Origin: Octopus sinensis
Lineage: Eukaryota
Assembly (NCBI RefSeq): GCF_006345805.1
Contig: NC_043012.1
Coordinates: 5,766,001 to 5,830,000, forward strand
DNA: 64,000 nt
Direction: 5' to 3'
Shown: piece by piece, positions 24,375 through 36,950 of the stretch
How positions within the stretch are numbered: position 1 is the stretch's first letter
Layout: each line of letters starts with the position of its first letter
Notes under the pieces: model-generated
What the model was told of the DNA's origin: nothing
The model's input: the letters and a program-made list of their open reading frames with translations, nothing else
The model's database searches: none
Position numbers and translations under genes: made by a program

Positions 24375-25110
24375 CATCATCAGAGATCAACGAAAGTAGC
24401 AAGCTGGCAAAATCAGAAGAGCATTGGACAAAACGCTTAGTGGCATTTCTTCCAGTTCTATGTTTTGGGTTCAAATTCTGCCGAGGTGAACATTGTCTTT
24501 CATTTTTATCATCCTGTCTGCCGCTACGTTCTGAGTTCAAATTCCACCGAGGTCGGCTTTGCCTTTCATCCTTTTGGGGTCAATAAATTAAGTACCAGTG
24601 AAACACTGGGGTCGATATAATCAATTAGTCCCCTCTCCAAAAATTTCAGGCCTTGTGCCTTTAGTTGAAAGCTTATTGCTATTATTACTAAGGCGGCGAA
24701 CTGGCAGGATCGTTAGCACATGGGACAAAATGCTTAGCATTTCTTGCAGCTCTTTACATTCTCACTTCAAATTCTGCTGAGGTCAACTTTGCCTTACATC
24801 TTTTGGGGTTGATAAAATAAGTACCAGTTGAGCCCTGGGCTCAGTGTAATCAACCAGCTCCTTACATCCAAATTTCAGGCCTTGTGCCTATGACGACCCC
24901 AGAAAGGACTGTTAAAGTGATAAAATGGTAGAGCTGGACACAAGGCTTAACAACATTTTTTCTGGCTTTATGTTCTGAGTTCAAATACCACCAAGGGCAA
25001 TTTTTGCCTTTCATCCTTTGGGGATCGATAAAATTAGTACCAGCTGGGGTTGATGTAATCAACTTTCTCCTATTTTCAAAATTGCTAGCCTTGTACCAAA
25101 ATTAGAATCA
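24375..25110 (+). mobile_element. Chain of three to four family B SINEs
   Basis: Repeated heads and cores. Confidence 0.8.
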
Positions 25111-25563
25111 TTATCACCACCACCATCATATCCCTTGCCCATCACTCAAGACTATTTTTGGATTCTTATCAATAACATCTGTTAATTCTTTCCCCACCCA
25201 GGCCTTTCTTTAACTCCAATTAAAGCTTGCAGTTGTAAAAACAGACCTTTTTTTCTCCTAATTATTTTTTACTTATTTATTTTTAAATGTCAGAATATGA
25301 GTTGTCAACAAACTTGACGCACCATTTTGTTTGGTTGTGGCAGCAAAAAAAAAAAAAAAAAAACCAAAAATAAAAAAATGAAAGCCAGACTGGGAAGGGC
25401 ATTGGATGACTACCAGCTGATAGGTTTTTGGTTCCAGTCTACTATGGTCTTTTAATATTTCTTATAGCCCAAGGCCAGCCCTGATTGATGAAAATCATTC
25501 TAGCCATGACCATCTTGTCTTTTAAGGAATATTAGATTTTCCAGTGCATCCTTCTTTCTGTAA

Positions 25564-26006
25564 CCCTTTAGCTTTCAGATTATTCTGTGAAATGTGACGC
25601 TTATTTATTGATTATTTATTGAATTAATTACTTATTATCTTCTAGCTTCAAGATTTCGATTATGAGGTTGTTTATTTTTAGGATAACATTGTAGGAAGGG
25701 CGTGAGAAGCAGAATCTGGTCAGTTTGAGCAGAAAACAGAATATTTGGGCTGGATATGACGGGTTTAAATGCTGAAGGATTAAGGATTAAGCTTAACCCT
25801 TCATATTTCTCTATCAAATGTAAAGCTTGTTCATTCACATTGTTTTGAATTAATCGTGCATTATCTCATAGTTTCAAGATGTCAATGATGTGATTGTATA
25901 TATTTAGAATGACATTGTGGGATGGGTGTGAGAGGCCAGATCTGGTCAGTTTGAACATAAGACAGAATATTTGTGCCAGATATGACCAGTTTAAGTGCCA
26001 AAGGAT
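25564..26006. mobile_element. Two tandem piggyBac-like family D MITEs
   Basis: TAACCCTTTAGC...GCTGAAGGATTAA followed by TTAACCCTT...GCCAAAGGATAA. Confidence 0.75.
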
Positions 26007-26167
26007 AAAGCTAACAGTGTGGCTTAAGGAGATTTGTCTGGTAATTTCTTGAAGGTCAAGCAAAGGTGTTGAAACTTCCTTGTTAACCCCCTTGTAACTG
26101 AGGCAGGACACTCTATTCTACTTATACATCATGGTTCATGAAGCTTTCATAAATCCCCTATTTATCT

Positions 26168-26465
26168 CCCCCTTTGCAAATATATGGGAAACTACCACCT
26201 GTGTCATTTCTTGTGAAAGGTAGGAGAGTCCAGTTTGCTGGACATTGTTGTAGAGCTGAAAACGAGGCAATTTCTACTCTTCTCCTCTGGAAGCCATCTA
26301 CTTGCAATACCAGAGGGCGCACACTCTCCTACCCTGATGTAATCTCCAGGGATACAGGCATCCAGCAACAGGACCTCCGTAATGCTATGATGGACCATGA
26401 AGTCTGGCGTAGCATGGTAAATTCCATTGTCTCGACCACGGTCGAACAATGATGATGATGATGAT
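26168..26465 (+). mobile_element. 5'-truncated RTE-clade LINE, ORF C-terminus plus (TGA)n tail
   Basis: Translation QIYGKLPPVSFLVKGRRVQFAGHCCRA...LLLWKP...RGRTLSYPDVISRDTG...DLRNAMMDHEVWRSMV is typical of the RTE ORF C-terminus; the stop runs straight into TGATGATGA. Confidence 0.85.
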
Positions 26466-26691
26466 GTTGTCCTTGAGAGTTTTTAAAACACTTTAATTAC
26501 TTGTTTCTTTTCCTTTTTGTTTTGTTTTCTGGTTAATCTCTGGTATTCTTAATCTAGCCTAAAAAGACTAGTCTTGTTGATATTTCGTAATCATCATCAT
26601 CATCATCATTGCCCACATTAATGTTATTGTTGCCATTCTAATCACTCATGTCATTATCATCCTCGTTGCTCTCATTATTACTGTTCTCATT

Positions 26692-27090
26692 ATGGCGTCA
26701 AGCTAACAGAACCGTTAGCACACCGGGTGAAATGCTTAATGGTATTTCGTTTGTGTTACGTTGTGAGTTCAAATTCCGCCGAGGTTGACTTTGTCTTTCA
26801 TCCTTTCGGGGTTGATAAATTAAGTACCAGTTAGGCACTGGGGTCAATGTAATCGACTTAATCCGTTTGTCTGTCCTTGTTTGTCACATGTGTGTGTAGC
26901 CCCTTGTGGGTAATAAAGAAATAGGTATTTTGTCTGCTGCTACATTCTGAGTCCAAATGCTGCCGAGGTTGGCTTTGTCTTTCATCCTTTCAGGGTCGAT
27001 TAAATAAGTACCAGTTAGAAGTACCCTTCCCCCAATTTTAGAAGTACCCTTCGCCCAAATTTGGAGCCTTGTGCTTCCAGTAGAAAGGAA
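26692..27090 (+). mobile_element. Family B SINE followed by a headless second copy
   Basis: Tail TAATAAAGAAATA joins GGTATTTTGTCTG, an internal SINE position. Confidence 0.75.
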
Positions 27091-27449
27091 TATTTTTGTC
27101 CTCATTGCCATCACTATCGTCATTCTCATTACCGTCATTCTCATTACCGTCATTCTTGTGTGTTATTGCCGTCATTATTGTCGGTCTCCTTGTTGTCATC
27201 ATCATTCTCATTGCCACCTTTGTCATTCTCATTGCTGTCATTATTGTCGCTTTTATTGCTCTCATTGTTGTCATTCTTATCACCATTGTCATCTTCATCA
27301 TTGTCTCTCTCATGGTCACCAGCTTTCTCATCATTATCCTTATTTCTATCATTGTCTTTCTTGACATTCTCATCATCCTCAATATTGACAAACTCATCTT
27401 GATCGTCATCTTCATCATGATCCTCTTTACCTCATTGTATGTATATACA

Positions 27450-27870
27450 CTCTTTACTCTTTTACGCCTTTACTTGTTTCAATCATTTGACTGCGGCCAT
27501 GCTGCAGCACTGCCTTTAGTCAAGCAAATCGACCCCAGGACTTATTCTTTGTAAGCCTAATACTTATTCTATCGGTCTCTTTTGCCAAACTGCTAAGTTA
27601 CGGGGACGTAAACACACCAGCATCGGTTGTCAAGCGATGTGGTGGGGGGGCAAACACAGGCACACAAACACACATACACACACACACACATATATACATA
27701 TGTACGACGGGCTTCTTTCAGTTTCTGTCTACCAAATCCGCTCACAAGGCATTGGTCGGCCCGAGGCTATAGTAGAAGACATTTGCCCAAGGTGCCACAT
27801 AGTGGGAATGAACCTGGAACCATGTGGTTGGTAAGCAAGCTGCTTACCACAAAGCCTCTCCTGTGCCTAT
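27450..27870 (-). mobile_element. CORE-type SINE family A, full length
   Basis: Reverse-complement head and tail. Confidence 0.9.
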
Positions 27871-27987
27871 ATATATATATCATTATTGTCATTTAGTCAT
27901 CATCCTTATTGTCATCTCATTATAGTCATTATCATCCTCATCATCATTGTTTTGAAGTCTATTTTCTCTCATGTTGCCACAAATTAG

Positions 27988-28061
27988 ACAAATCTCCAGT
28001 ACAATATAAATGCCGATCCCAGCCATCTTAATCTCCGAGCTGCAAGGCCCAGCGTATTCAG
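27988..28061 (+). CDS. Candidate coding exon, unidentified protein
   Basis: AG at 27986-27987 (alternative AG at 27998-27999), open frame TNLQYNINADPSHLNLRAARPSVF, CAG|GTTTGT donor, CpG-richer unique sequence; no homology recognised. Confidence 0.2.
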
Positions 28062-28912
28062 GTTTGTCCTCATCTCATGGTCAATATCTTAGCACCTTGG
28101 CCAATACCTTCGCAAACACTGCTAGCATACAGTGAAATCACTTTTATTTTGAAATTCAAAAAAAAATTCTTTTGCTTCTCTTTTTTTTTGTTCTTTCCTC
28201 CAAAAGGTGTCATCTTCTCTTCACATTTTCTAAATTTTCCTGTCGGATCTCTCACTTTTATTAAGTGTCTTTTTTTTTTAACACTAAAACGAATAGTACT
28301 TTTTATCCTTCACTATTTTAGTTTTTAGAATTTAAATTATTTAAAATTTTATTATCATTACTCATGCCAGCATGGAAGACAGACATTAAACGATGATGAC
28401 GACGACAATAACTAATAGTTCTTTTATCTTTTTATTTGTTTCTGTCATTAGACTACAGCCATGGGGTAGGCACCACCTTGAAGAATTTTAGTTGAACAAA
28501 TCGACCCCAGCACTTATTTTTTAAAAGTCTGGTACTTATTTTATTGGTCTCTTTTCGCTGGACTGCTAAGTTGTCATTGTTATAAAAGGGACGTAAACAT
28601 GTCAACACTGGTTGTCAAGCAGTGATGGGAGACAAACGGACACAAAAGCACTCCTACATGCATACGTACGTAGATATATATAGACAACAGGCTTCTTTTA
28701 GTTTCCATCTACCAAATCCACTCACAAAGCTTTGGTCAGCCTGAGGCTATAATAGAAGACACCTACCCAAGGTGCTACAAAGTTGTTGTTATCCTTTCAG
28801 GGTTGATAAAATAAGTACCAGTTGAGCACTGGGGGTTGTCATAATCATCTCATTCCTCCCCCTAAATTGTTGGCCTTTATGCCAAAATTTGAAACCATTA
28901 TTATTATTATTA

Positions 28913-28985
<73 letters not shown>

Positions 28986-29220
28986 GTTGTTGTTGTTGTT
29001 TTTTTTGTATTGTAACTTTGGATTTCAACCACAAATCTACAAGTAAATCTCCAAATTCTGGTCTCTTTTTTTTTTTTCCATCCTCCATTTTTTATTTTTT
29101 ATTTTTAAGGGTTCTTAAGTTGTGAATGCCAGAGAGCATTTAATTTTGTTTTTATTTTTGGATTCTTGTTTCCTTTTCTTTATCCACCTTTTTTATTATT
29201 TCCTCCCCTTCGTTTCAAAG

Positions 29221-29249
29221 AATTTTCGAAATGTCAATCTCCTCATGTA
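29221..29249 (+). CDS. Candidate 29-nt exon
   Basis: Long polypyrimidine tract ending TTTCAAAG and a canonical GTGAGT donor; no stop codon inside the exon in any frame. Confidence 0.25.
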
Positions 29250-31264
29250 GTGAGTCCTTATGTTTCAGAGGTTTGAATTTCAAAGTCAGATTCTGGAAAA
29301 TGTTCAGTGAAATGTCTAACAACAACAACAACAACAGCGACAGATTCCATCTTGCTCGCTTGTTTATACCATTGGTGATGCTGTTACCAATGCTGTCACC
29401 ACCTCAACAACCAACAATCATAAATACTATCACACTCAACATCACCGTCAGTCACAACTGATGTTCTGATCAGTCGCAATAAGCATCACCATTAATCGTA
29501 ACCAGCATACCATAAGTCACAACAAGCATCATCATCAATCATAAGTTGCATTTCTATTAGTCACTATCAACATTGCCATAAGTCACAACAAACATTGACG
29601 TCAATCATAAAGTATATTCCCATCAGTCACCAGTATCATTATCAATCACAACTGACATTCCTATCAGTCACAATCAGATTCATCATCAGTCACTGTCATC
29701 ATCATCATCAGTCAGTCACTGTCATCGTCATCAGTCAGTCACTGTTGTCATCATCATCAGTCACTGTCCCATCATACACTCAATCATGTCTGACACCATT
29801 GCGGACACCAAAATTAATACCATACACACACACACACACATTGACATGCACACCACCATCGCATTCACCATCACCAGCATTTGAGCCATCAAGAGAACCT
29901 CTGCATGGGCTCTTAACCTGCAAGGAATAGTTACCAAATCTTCCTCAACCAACACCATATCATTTTTATCATCTTAAAAGCTAGGGCATATTTGATAGTG
30001 TAATCCATATTTCATAAGACTGCGGAAGATATCCAGGATGGTCACTCAACCTGCTAGAAATAGCAACCAAATCACCTTCAAAATACATCTTACTGCTTAA
30101 ATATGGAAAGAATCTATTAGATAATGTAATCACAGATCAGGTTTGATCAGGATGGATCAGGATTGATCTGGAAGTTAAACTGTAGCAGCATTACCAGCAG
30201 CAAACCTCAATCATTAGCCAAGAGAAGCCTCTGTGTGGTTAGACGGTCTGCTAGAAATAGCAACCAAAGCACTCTTGGGTCACACACACACACCAACTTT
30301 CCTAAAGCAAAGAGAACACATTTGATAATGTAATCTTATTTACACAGTTTGACTTGTTGATCTCAGGTTTGCTGGATCCTGGCAGACCTAGGGTTAAATA
30401 ACAATTATGTATTTCATTTAAATATATATTGTTCCTTAATATTTCAAATAAGACATAAACATATATTAAACTATGTGTGTATACCACCACCACCACCACT
30501 ACTACTACTAACACCACTATTTGCCAATGTAGGCTTCTCTTCATGGTTACACGACATGCTAGAAATAGCAACCAAATCTCCCTCAAATCCCAACCTACCA
30601 GGTTGAAAAGGGATACAAAAAAAATGTGATCCTAGATTCCCTGAATGTAGGGAAAACAAGATGGTCACTGTTGAAATGATTTTGATCGGAGGTCCTCTTG
30701 ATCAGGGTTGACCTGGGGCTAAACAATATCTGTTACTACCTCTGATAAATATTACTACCATCACTATATCCTCTGCTGCTGCTGCTAATAATAATAATAT
30801 AATAATAATAATAATAATAATCCCTTATACTATAGGAATAAGGCCTGAAATTTGCAGAGAGGAGGGCTAGTCGATTACATTGACTCCCAGCGCTTAACTG
30901 GTACTTATTTTATTGACCCTGAAAGGATGAAAAGCTCATTTGACCTTATATATATATAATTTCTTTTATTAGCCACAAGGGCTCACATACAATAACATTA
31001 AAGACAACAACAACAATAGTAATAATAGTAATAATAATGGTTTCAAATTTTGGCATAGAGCCACCAGTTTCTGAAGGGAGGGGTGCAAGTCAGTTACCCC
31101 CACTGTTACTTGACTGCTGCTTGTTTTATCAATCTCAAAAGGACGAAAGGCAAAGTCAACCTCCGCGGAATTTGAACTGAGAACGTAAAGAACCAGTAGA
31201 AATGTCATTAAGCATTTTATCCAACTTATTAACAAATAATAATAATAATAATAATAATAATAGT

Positions 31265-31657
31265 AGAGTGGCTGTGTGGTAAGTAACTTGTTTACCAACC
31301 ACATGGTTCTGGGTTCAGTCCCACTGCGTGGCACCTTGGGCAAGTGTCTTCTACTATAGTCTCGGGCCGACCAAAGCCTTGTGAGTGGATTTGGTAGACG
31401 GAAACTGAAAGAAGCCCGTCGTATATATGTATATATATGTATATATATATGCGTGTGTGTGTGTTTGTCCCCCTAGCATTGCTTGACAACCGATGCAGGT
31501 GTGTTTATGTCCCCGTTACTTAGCGGTTTGGCAAAAGAGACCGATAGAATAAGTACTGGGCTTACAAAAGAATAAGTCCCGGGGTCGAGTTGCTCGATTA
31601 AAGGCGGTGCTCCAGCATGGCCGCAGTCAAATGACTGAAACAAAAGAGTAAAAGAGT
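31265..31657 (+). mobile_element. CORE-type SINE family A, young copy with CpGs intact
   Basis: Near-consensus sequence. Confidence 0.9.
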
Positions 31658-31857
31658 AATAATGCTACCACCACCACCAGCACCTCCACAATCACTACTA
31701 CTACTGTTCTAGTATCAATAAAATCACTACTACCACAGCCACTCTCAATTATACCGCCACCGACAACAATTTTCATTTCTGTTCTCTCTGCTGTTGCTAT
31801 TACCATTATTACTATCAGTATTATAGTTACCATTACAGCCTCTATTATTATTATTTA

Positions 31858-32340
31858 TAGGTCAGCGAGCTGGTAGAACCATTAGCATACTGGGCGAATT
31901 GCTTAGCAGTATTTCGTCTGCCTTTACGTTCTGAGTTCAAATTCTGCCAAGGTCGACTTCGCCTTTCATCCTTTCGGGGGTCGATAAATTAAGTAACAGT
32001 TGCGTACTGGGGGGGGGTGATCTAATCGACTGGCTCCCCTCCCCCAAAATCTCGGGCTGTGTGCCTAGAGTAGAAAAGAATATTATTGTTACCATTACAA
32101 CCACTATTATTATTATTAGTATTATTATTTATAGGTCAGTAAGCTGGCAGAACTGTTAACACACCAGGCGAATTACTTAGTGGTATTTTGTCTGCTACTG
32201 TGTTCTAAGTTCCACCAAGGTTGACTTTGCCTTTCATCCATTTGGTGTTGATAAATTAAGTACCAGTGAAACACTGGGGTCAATGTAATATAGTCCCCCC
32301 CCCCAATTTTAGGCCTTGTGCCTTTAGCAGAAAGGTTTAT
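31858..32340 (+). mobile_element. Two family B SINEs in tandem
   Basis: Heads at ~31860 and ~32135. Confidence 0.8.
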
Positions 32341-32349
32341 TATTTTTAT

Positions 32350-32884
32350 TGAGTGAGAGAGCATTGCATGCCATCAAAGTGATACTGGGGTAAAATATAT
32401 GAAGCCCAATATACCCATCATGACTACCCAGGCACATGCATCGCAACCATATGTGCATGACATGGTGATCTCATATCAAGATAAACAGCGCATGACCTTG
32501 CAGGTGGGGTTCCAGTTAGAATTTTCTTCAGGTTGAGTAGCACATCCTGCTCAAAAGGTCCCTGAATATGGGTTGTTTAAGGATGTTGAACAAAACATAT
32601 TTCCAGAGGTGAATTATACAAACCTCAAAGAATTCCTCTCAACACATGCCTATGATGCTTCCCCTCTACTTCTGCTCATGATCAGAGATGCACATATCAT
32701 CAGCCACTAAGCGATATGCTCAAATAGTTAAGATCAAACAACTGACAAGCAAATCTGTGGTACTGAGTAGAATATTTGCTGTAGCCCAGCTTTTACACCA
32801 AGACAAAACAATGTACATGATAACACTTACAATCAGTTAAGATCAGAAGCCATGAGAGCTACTGCCTTGTACTGCATCAGGGCA
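32350..32884. mobile_element. Unclassified ~556-bp element family H, copy 1 (small internal deletion)
   Basis: TGAGTGAGAGAGC...CTGCATCAGGGCA; homologous end to end with 32895-33695 and 54327-54883. Confidence 0.8.
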
Positions 32885-32894
32885 TTATTATTAT

Positions 32895-33695
32895 TGAGTG
32901 AGAGAGCAGTGCATGCCATCAAAGTGACACTGACGTAAAATATACAAAACCCAGAGTACATCTATCATGGCTACCTATCTGATAAGGGTACATCAGGCAG
33001 ATGCATCACAACCATAGGTGCACGACATGGTGATATCATATCAAGGCGGCGAGCTGGCAGAAACGTTAGCACACCGGGCGAAATGCTTAGCGGTATTGCG
33101 TCTGTCGTTGCGTTCTGAGTTCAAATTCCGCCGAGGTCGACTTTGCCTTTCATCCTTTCGGGGTCGATAAATTAAGTACCAGTTACGCACTGGGGTCGAT
33201 GTAATTGACTTAATCCGTTTGTCTGTCCTTGTTTGTCCCCTCTATGTTTAGCCCCTTGTGGGCAATAAAGAAACAGATATCATATCAAGATAAACAGCAC
33301 ATGACCTTGCAGGTGAGGCCCAGTTAGAATTTTCTTTAGGTCAAGTAGCACATCTCACTCAAAAGTTTCCTGAATAAGGGTTGTTTAAGGATGTTGAAAG
33401 AAACACCCATGTTTCCAAAGGCGAATTATCCAAACTGCAAAGAATTCCTTTCAGCACATGGCTGTGATGCTCCCCCACTACTTCTGCTTGTGATCAGAGA
33501 TGCACATATTGTGAGCCACCAAGGAACATGCTCTACTGATTATGGTCAAACAACTGACAAGCAAATCTGTGGTACTGAGCAGAATATTTGCTGTAGCCCA
33601 TCTTTCATCCCAAGTCAAAGCAATGTACATGATAACACTTTTAATCACTTAAAATGAGAAGCCATGAGAGCCACTGCCTGGCACTGCATCAGTGC
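32895..33695. mobile_element. Family H copy 2 with a nested SINE
   Basis: Same termini as copy 1; SINE B inserted at 33046-33275. Confidence 0.8.
33046..33275 (+). mobile_element. Young family B SINE with 14-bp TSD
   Basis: GATATCATATCAAG at 33032-33045 and 33276-33289. Confidence 0.92.
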
Positions 33696-33746
33696 TATTG
33701 TTGTTGTTGTTGTTGTTATTATTATTATTATTCCCCACTACAACAA

Positions 33747-34460
33747 ATCATCATCATCATTGTTTAGCGTCCGCTTTCCATGCTAGCATGGGTTGGACGG
33801 TTCAACTGGGGTCTGGGAAGCCAGAAGGCTGCTTCAGGCCCAGTCTGATCTGGCAGTGTTTCTACAGTTGGATGCCCTTCCTAACGCCAACCACTCCGAG
33901 AGTGTAGTGGGTGCTTTTTATATGCCACCTGCACAGGTGCCAGACGAGGCTGGCAAACGGCCACAATCTGATGGTTCTTTTTACGTGCCACCGGCACGGG
34001 GGCCAGTCGGGGCGGCACTGGCAACGGCCACGTTCGGACGGTTCTCTTACGTGCCACCGGCACGGGGGCCAGTCGGGGCGGCACTGGCAACGGCCACGTT
34101 CGGACGGTTCTCTTACGTGCCACCGGCACGGGGGCCAGTCGGGGCGGCACTGGCAACGGCCACGTTCGGACGGTTCTCTTACGTGCCACCGGCACGGGGG
34201 CCAGTCGGGGCGGCACTGGCAACGGCCACGTTCGGACGGTTCTCTTACGTGCCACCGGCACGGGGGCCAGTCGGGGTGGCACTGGCAACGGCCACGTTCG
34301 GACGGTTCTCTTACGTGCCACCGGCACGGGGGCCAGTCGGGGCGGCACTGGCAACGGCCACGTTCGGACGGTTCTCTTACGTGCCACCGGCACGGGGGCC
34401 AGTCGGGGCGGCACTGGCAACGGCCACGTTCGGACGGTTCTCTTACGTGCCACCGGCACT
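33747..34460 (-). mobile_element. Family C SINE with an expanded internal 66-bp VNTR
   Basis: (ATC)n tail at 33747; family C 3' region, then the tandem array. Confidence 0.88.
33981..34460. repeat. GC-rich 66-bp tandem array, 7 full units plus a partial
   Basis: TTACGTGCCACCGGCAC starts at 33981, 34047, 34113, 34179, 34245, 34311, 34377 and 34443; one substitution seen, in unit 5. Confidence 0.95.
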
Positions 34461-34930
34461 GGTATCTCAGCTACAATTTCCATTGATGTTGAAAGATTTC
34501 GATTTTGATCCCACTACGATCATTACCACAACATTTGCCACTACAACCGGTTGGCTGCCACCACTGTACCACCACAGTACATCACCACAATGCTGCTGTA
34601 TTAGGCCACTACAACAGCACCACATTGCTATCACCTATACAAACACACTGCATCACCACCACCACTACTACTACTACCACTGCAGCACCATCATAACACT
34701 ACAGCACCAATACACTACCATCATGGCTCTATATCAAACCATCATCATCATCATCATCATCAGCACCACCACCACCATCATCATCATCATCACCATCATC
34801 ATTTCTCCATGTCGTTAGTACTAAAGACCACATCTAAATATTTCTCTGAAAGACAGCTACCAAAAAATCAATCAATAATATTGCTGTTGTTTCTGATTGG
34901 TTTATTGTTGCTGTTGCACTAGTGTGTGTA

Positions 34931-34994
<64 letters not shown>

Positions 34995-35515
34995 TTTGTG
35001 TGTGTTTGCATGTGTGTGTGTGTGTGTGTGCATGTTTGTGTTTGTATGTGTGTGTGTGTGTGTGTGTTGTAGTAGTTGTTATAGCTGCTAGTGTAGTGCA
35101 TGTAGTAGTTGCTGTAGTAGTGATATTAGTAATGGTTTCAGTAGTTAGTAGTAGCGCATGTAGTAGTAGTAGTAGTTGTAGTAGTAGCTGCTTTACTTAG
35201 TGACAGTGCATGCAGCAGCAGCAGTAGTAGTCACTAATACTAGTTGTAGATGTTGCAGTTGTTGTTTAGCCCAGGTCAGCCCTGATCAAGCAGATTTATG
35301 ATCACACATTCCACTCGTGACCATCCTATCTATTTCTCAGGCATACTTTGCCTCGGATTACAGTACCCAATATGACCCCACATTTTTTTTCTTCTAAAAA
35401 CAGTAGGGTGTGATTTGTGGGCGATTTGGCTACTATCTCTAGCAGGTCAAGTTATCAAATTATCATTTACAAATGTCTTCCTTGTTGGCTTGTTGTGGGT
35501 ACCAGTAGCAGCAGT

Positions 35516-35568
<53 letters not shown>

Positions 35569-36305
35569 AGCTTGTATTGGTAGCTGCAGTAGTGGTAGTT
35601 AGTGCTAGTAGATGGCAGTGGTTACTGTAATAGTAGCATTGTTTTCAATAGTATTAGTGGTAGTTGTAGGACTATTTGCTGCAGCAGCAGTGCTGGAGGT
35701 GGCAGTAGTAGTAGTAGTAGCAGTAGTAGTAGTGGTAGTAGTAGCAGTGGTTGTGTTGATTTGTTTTTATTTTTAAACTTTCGCATCGTGTTCCCTTTAT
35801 CTCCTCTTTAATGTTTATATCTATTACTCTCAGCACTTTGTACCATCTCAACCATCATCTTCATCGTCATCGTCGTCATCATCATCATCATCATAACTGT
35901 TCTTATCATCACCATCACTATTTTTCATCACCGAAACTGTTCATCCTTAATAATTAGCCCCTTGATCATTACCATCGCCTCTGCGCCACCATCTTCGTCA
36001 CTATCATCGTTGTCATCATCACCGTTTCTCACCCATTTAAACTTTCTGCTGACGTGTTCCTCCATTTATGTGGCAATGGTTGTGAATGTGGAATGAACCG
36101 GCTGGTTTGTTGGTCGGTCGGTTGGGTCGATGTAAATATGGACGGATTGATAGAGAATGTCTTCTTTTACTGTTTTACTGGTTCCAGTCAGAGGACTGTG
36201 GCTATGCTGGGGCATCACCGACAAACACATGTGCATACATGTACACACAAACACTCCACACACTCACACACATGTATGTATGGAGAGACAGATGACAGTA
36301 TATAC

Positions 36306-36506
36306 CAGTGGCTTCCAACCAGGGTTCCGCCAGTACAGTCCAGGGGTTCCGCAAGAAGTTACAAAACTGCTAAAATCGGCAGTAATTTTTAATTCTCCTG
36401 TGCAGATATGTGTGCATAAGACTATTAAATTATTGCACAGGGGTTCCTCGAGCCAGTGGAATGTTTCCTTGGGGTTCCGCTCCAGCAAAATGTTTGAAAA
36501 GCACTG
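36306..36506. mobile_element. hAT (Charlie/Buster-like) MITE
   Basis: TIRs CAGTGGCTTCCAAC / TTTGAAAAGCACTG; perfect 8-bp TSD GTATATAC at 36298-36305 and 36507-36514. Confidence 0.88.
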
Positions 36507-36594
36507 GTATATACAATAATGAAAATATATTTAGGGAGAGCAAATGAGAACAATGAAATCATTTGAGAGAGATGTCTAGAAAGAGAAGGAAAAA

Positions 36595-36950
36595 AGCCCC
36601 AAAATAGTATAGTTTGTTGGTGCAGGGATTCAGCTATACCCCAAAATGGCATACCTTGTTGGCACAGGGTTGGTTTTGATCCCAAAGATAGATGGTACAG
36701 TTAGTTGGTGCAGGCATCAGTTGAGCCCCAAAATAGTGCAGCTAGTTGGTGTAACGGTCTTGTTGATCCCAATGATAGATGGCACAGTTAATTGGTGCTG
36801 AATCCAGTTGATACTCACATATTGCTTATTGGAGCAAGGATCCAGATACTCCAAAGACAGTACTCCTTGTTGATGAAGGGACCCAGTGGATCCTGAATAT
36901 GGTACAGCTAGTTGAGGGAGAGATCAAGTTGACTTGACCAAGAGAGTCAG
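36595..36950. repeat. Degenerate ~42-bp tandem repeat, about 8 units
   Basis: Units such as CCCCAAAATAGT.CAG.TAGTTGGTGCAGG...AGTTGAT. Confidence 0.6.

Noticed and set aside
33981-34460. CRISPR-like array
   Set aside because: Units are identical with no unique spacers; eukaryotic context and no cas genes
33793-34818. 341-aa ORF with 22-aa repeats, and overlapping ORFs in other frames
   Set aside because: Consequence of the stop-free 66-bp VNTR inside a SINE; several frames are open
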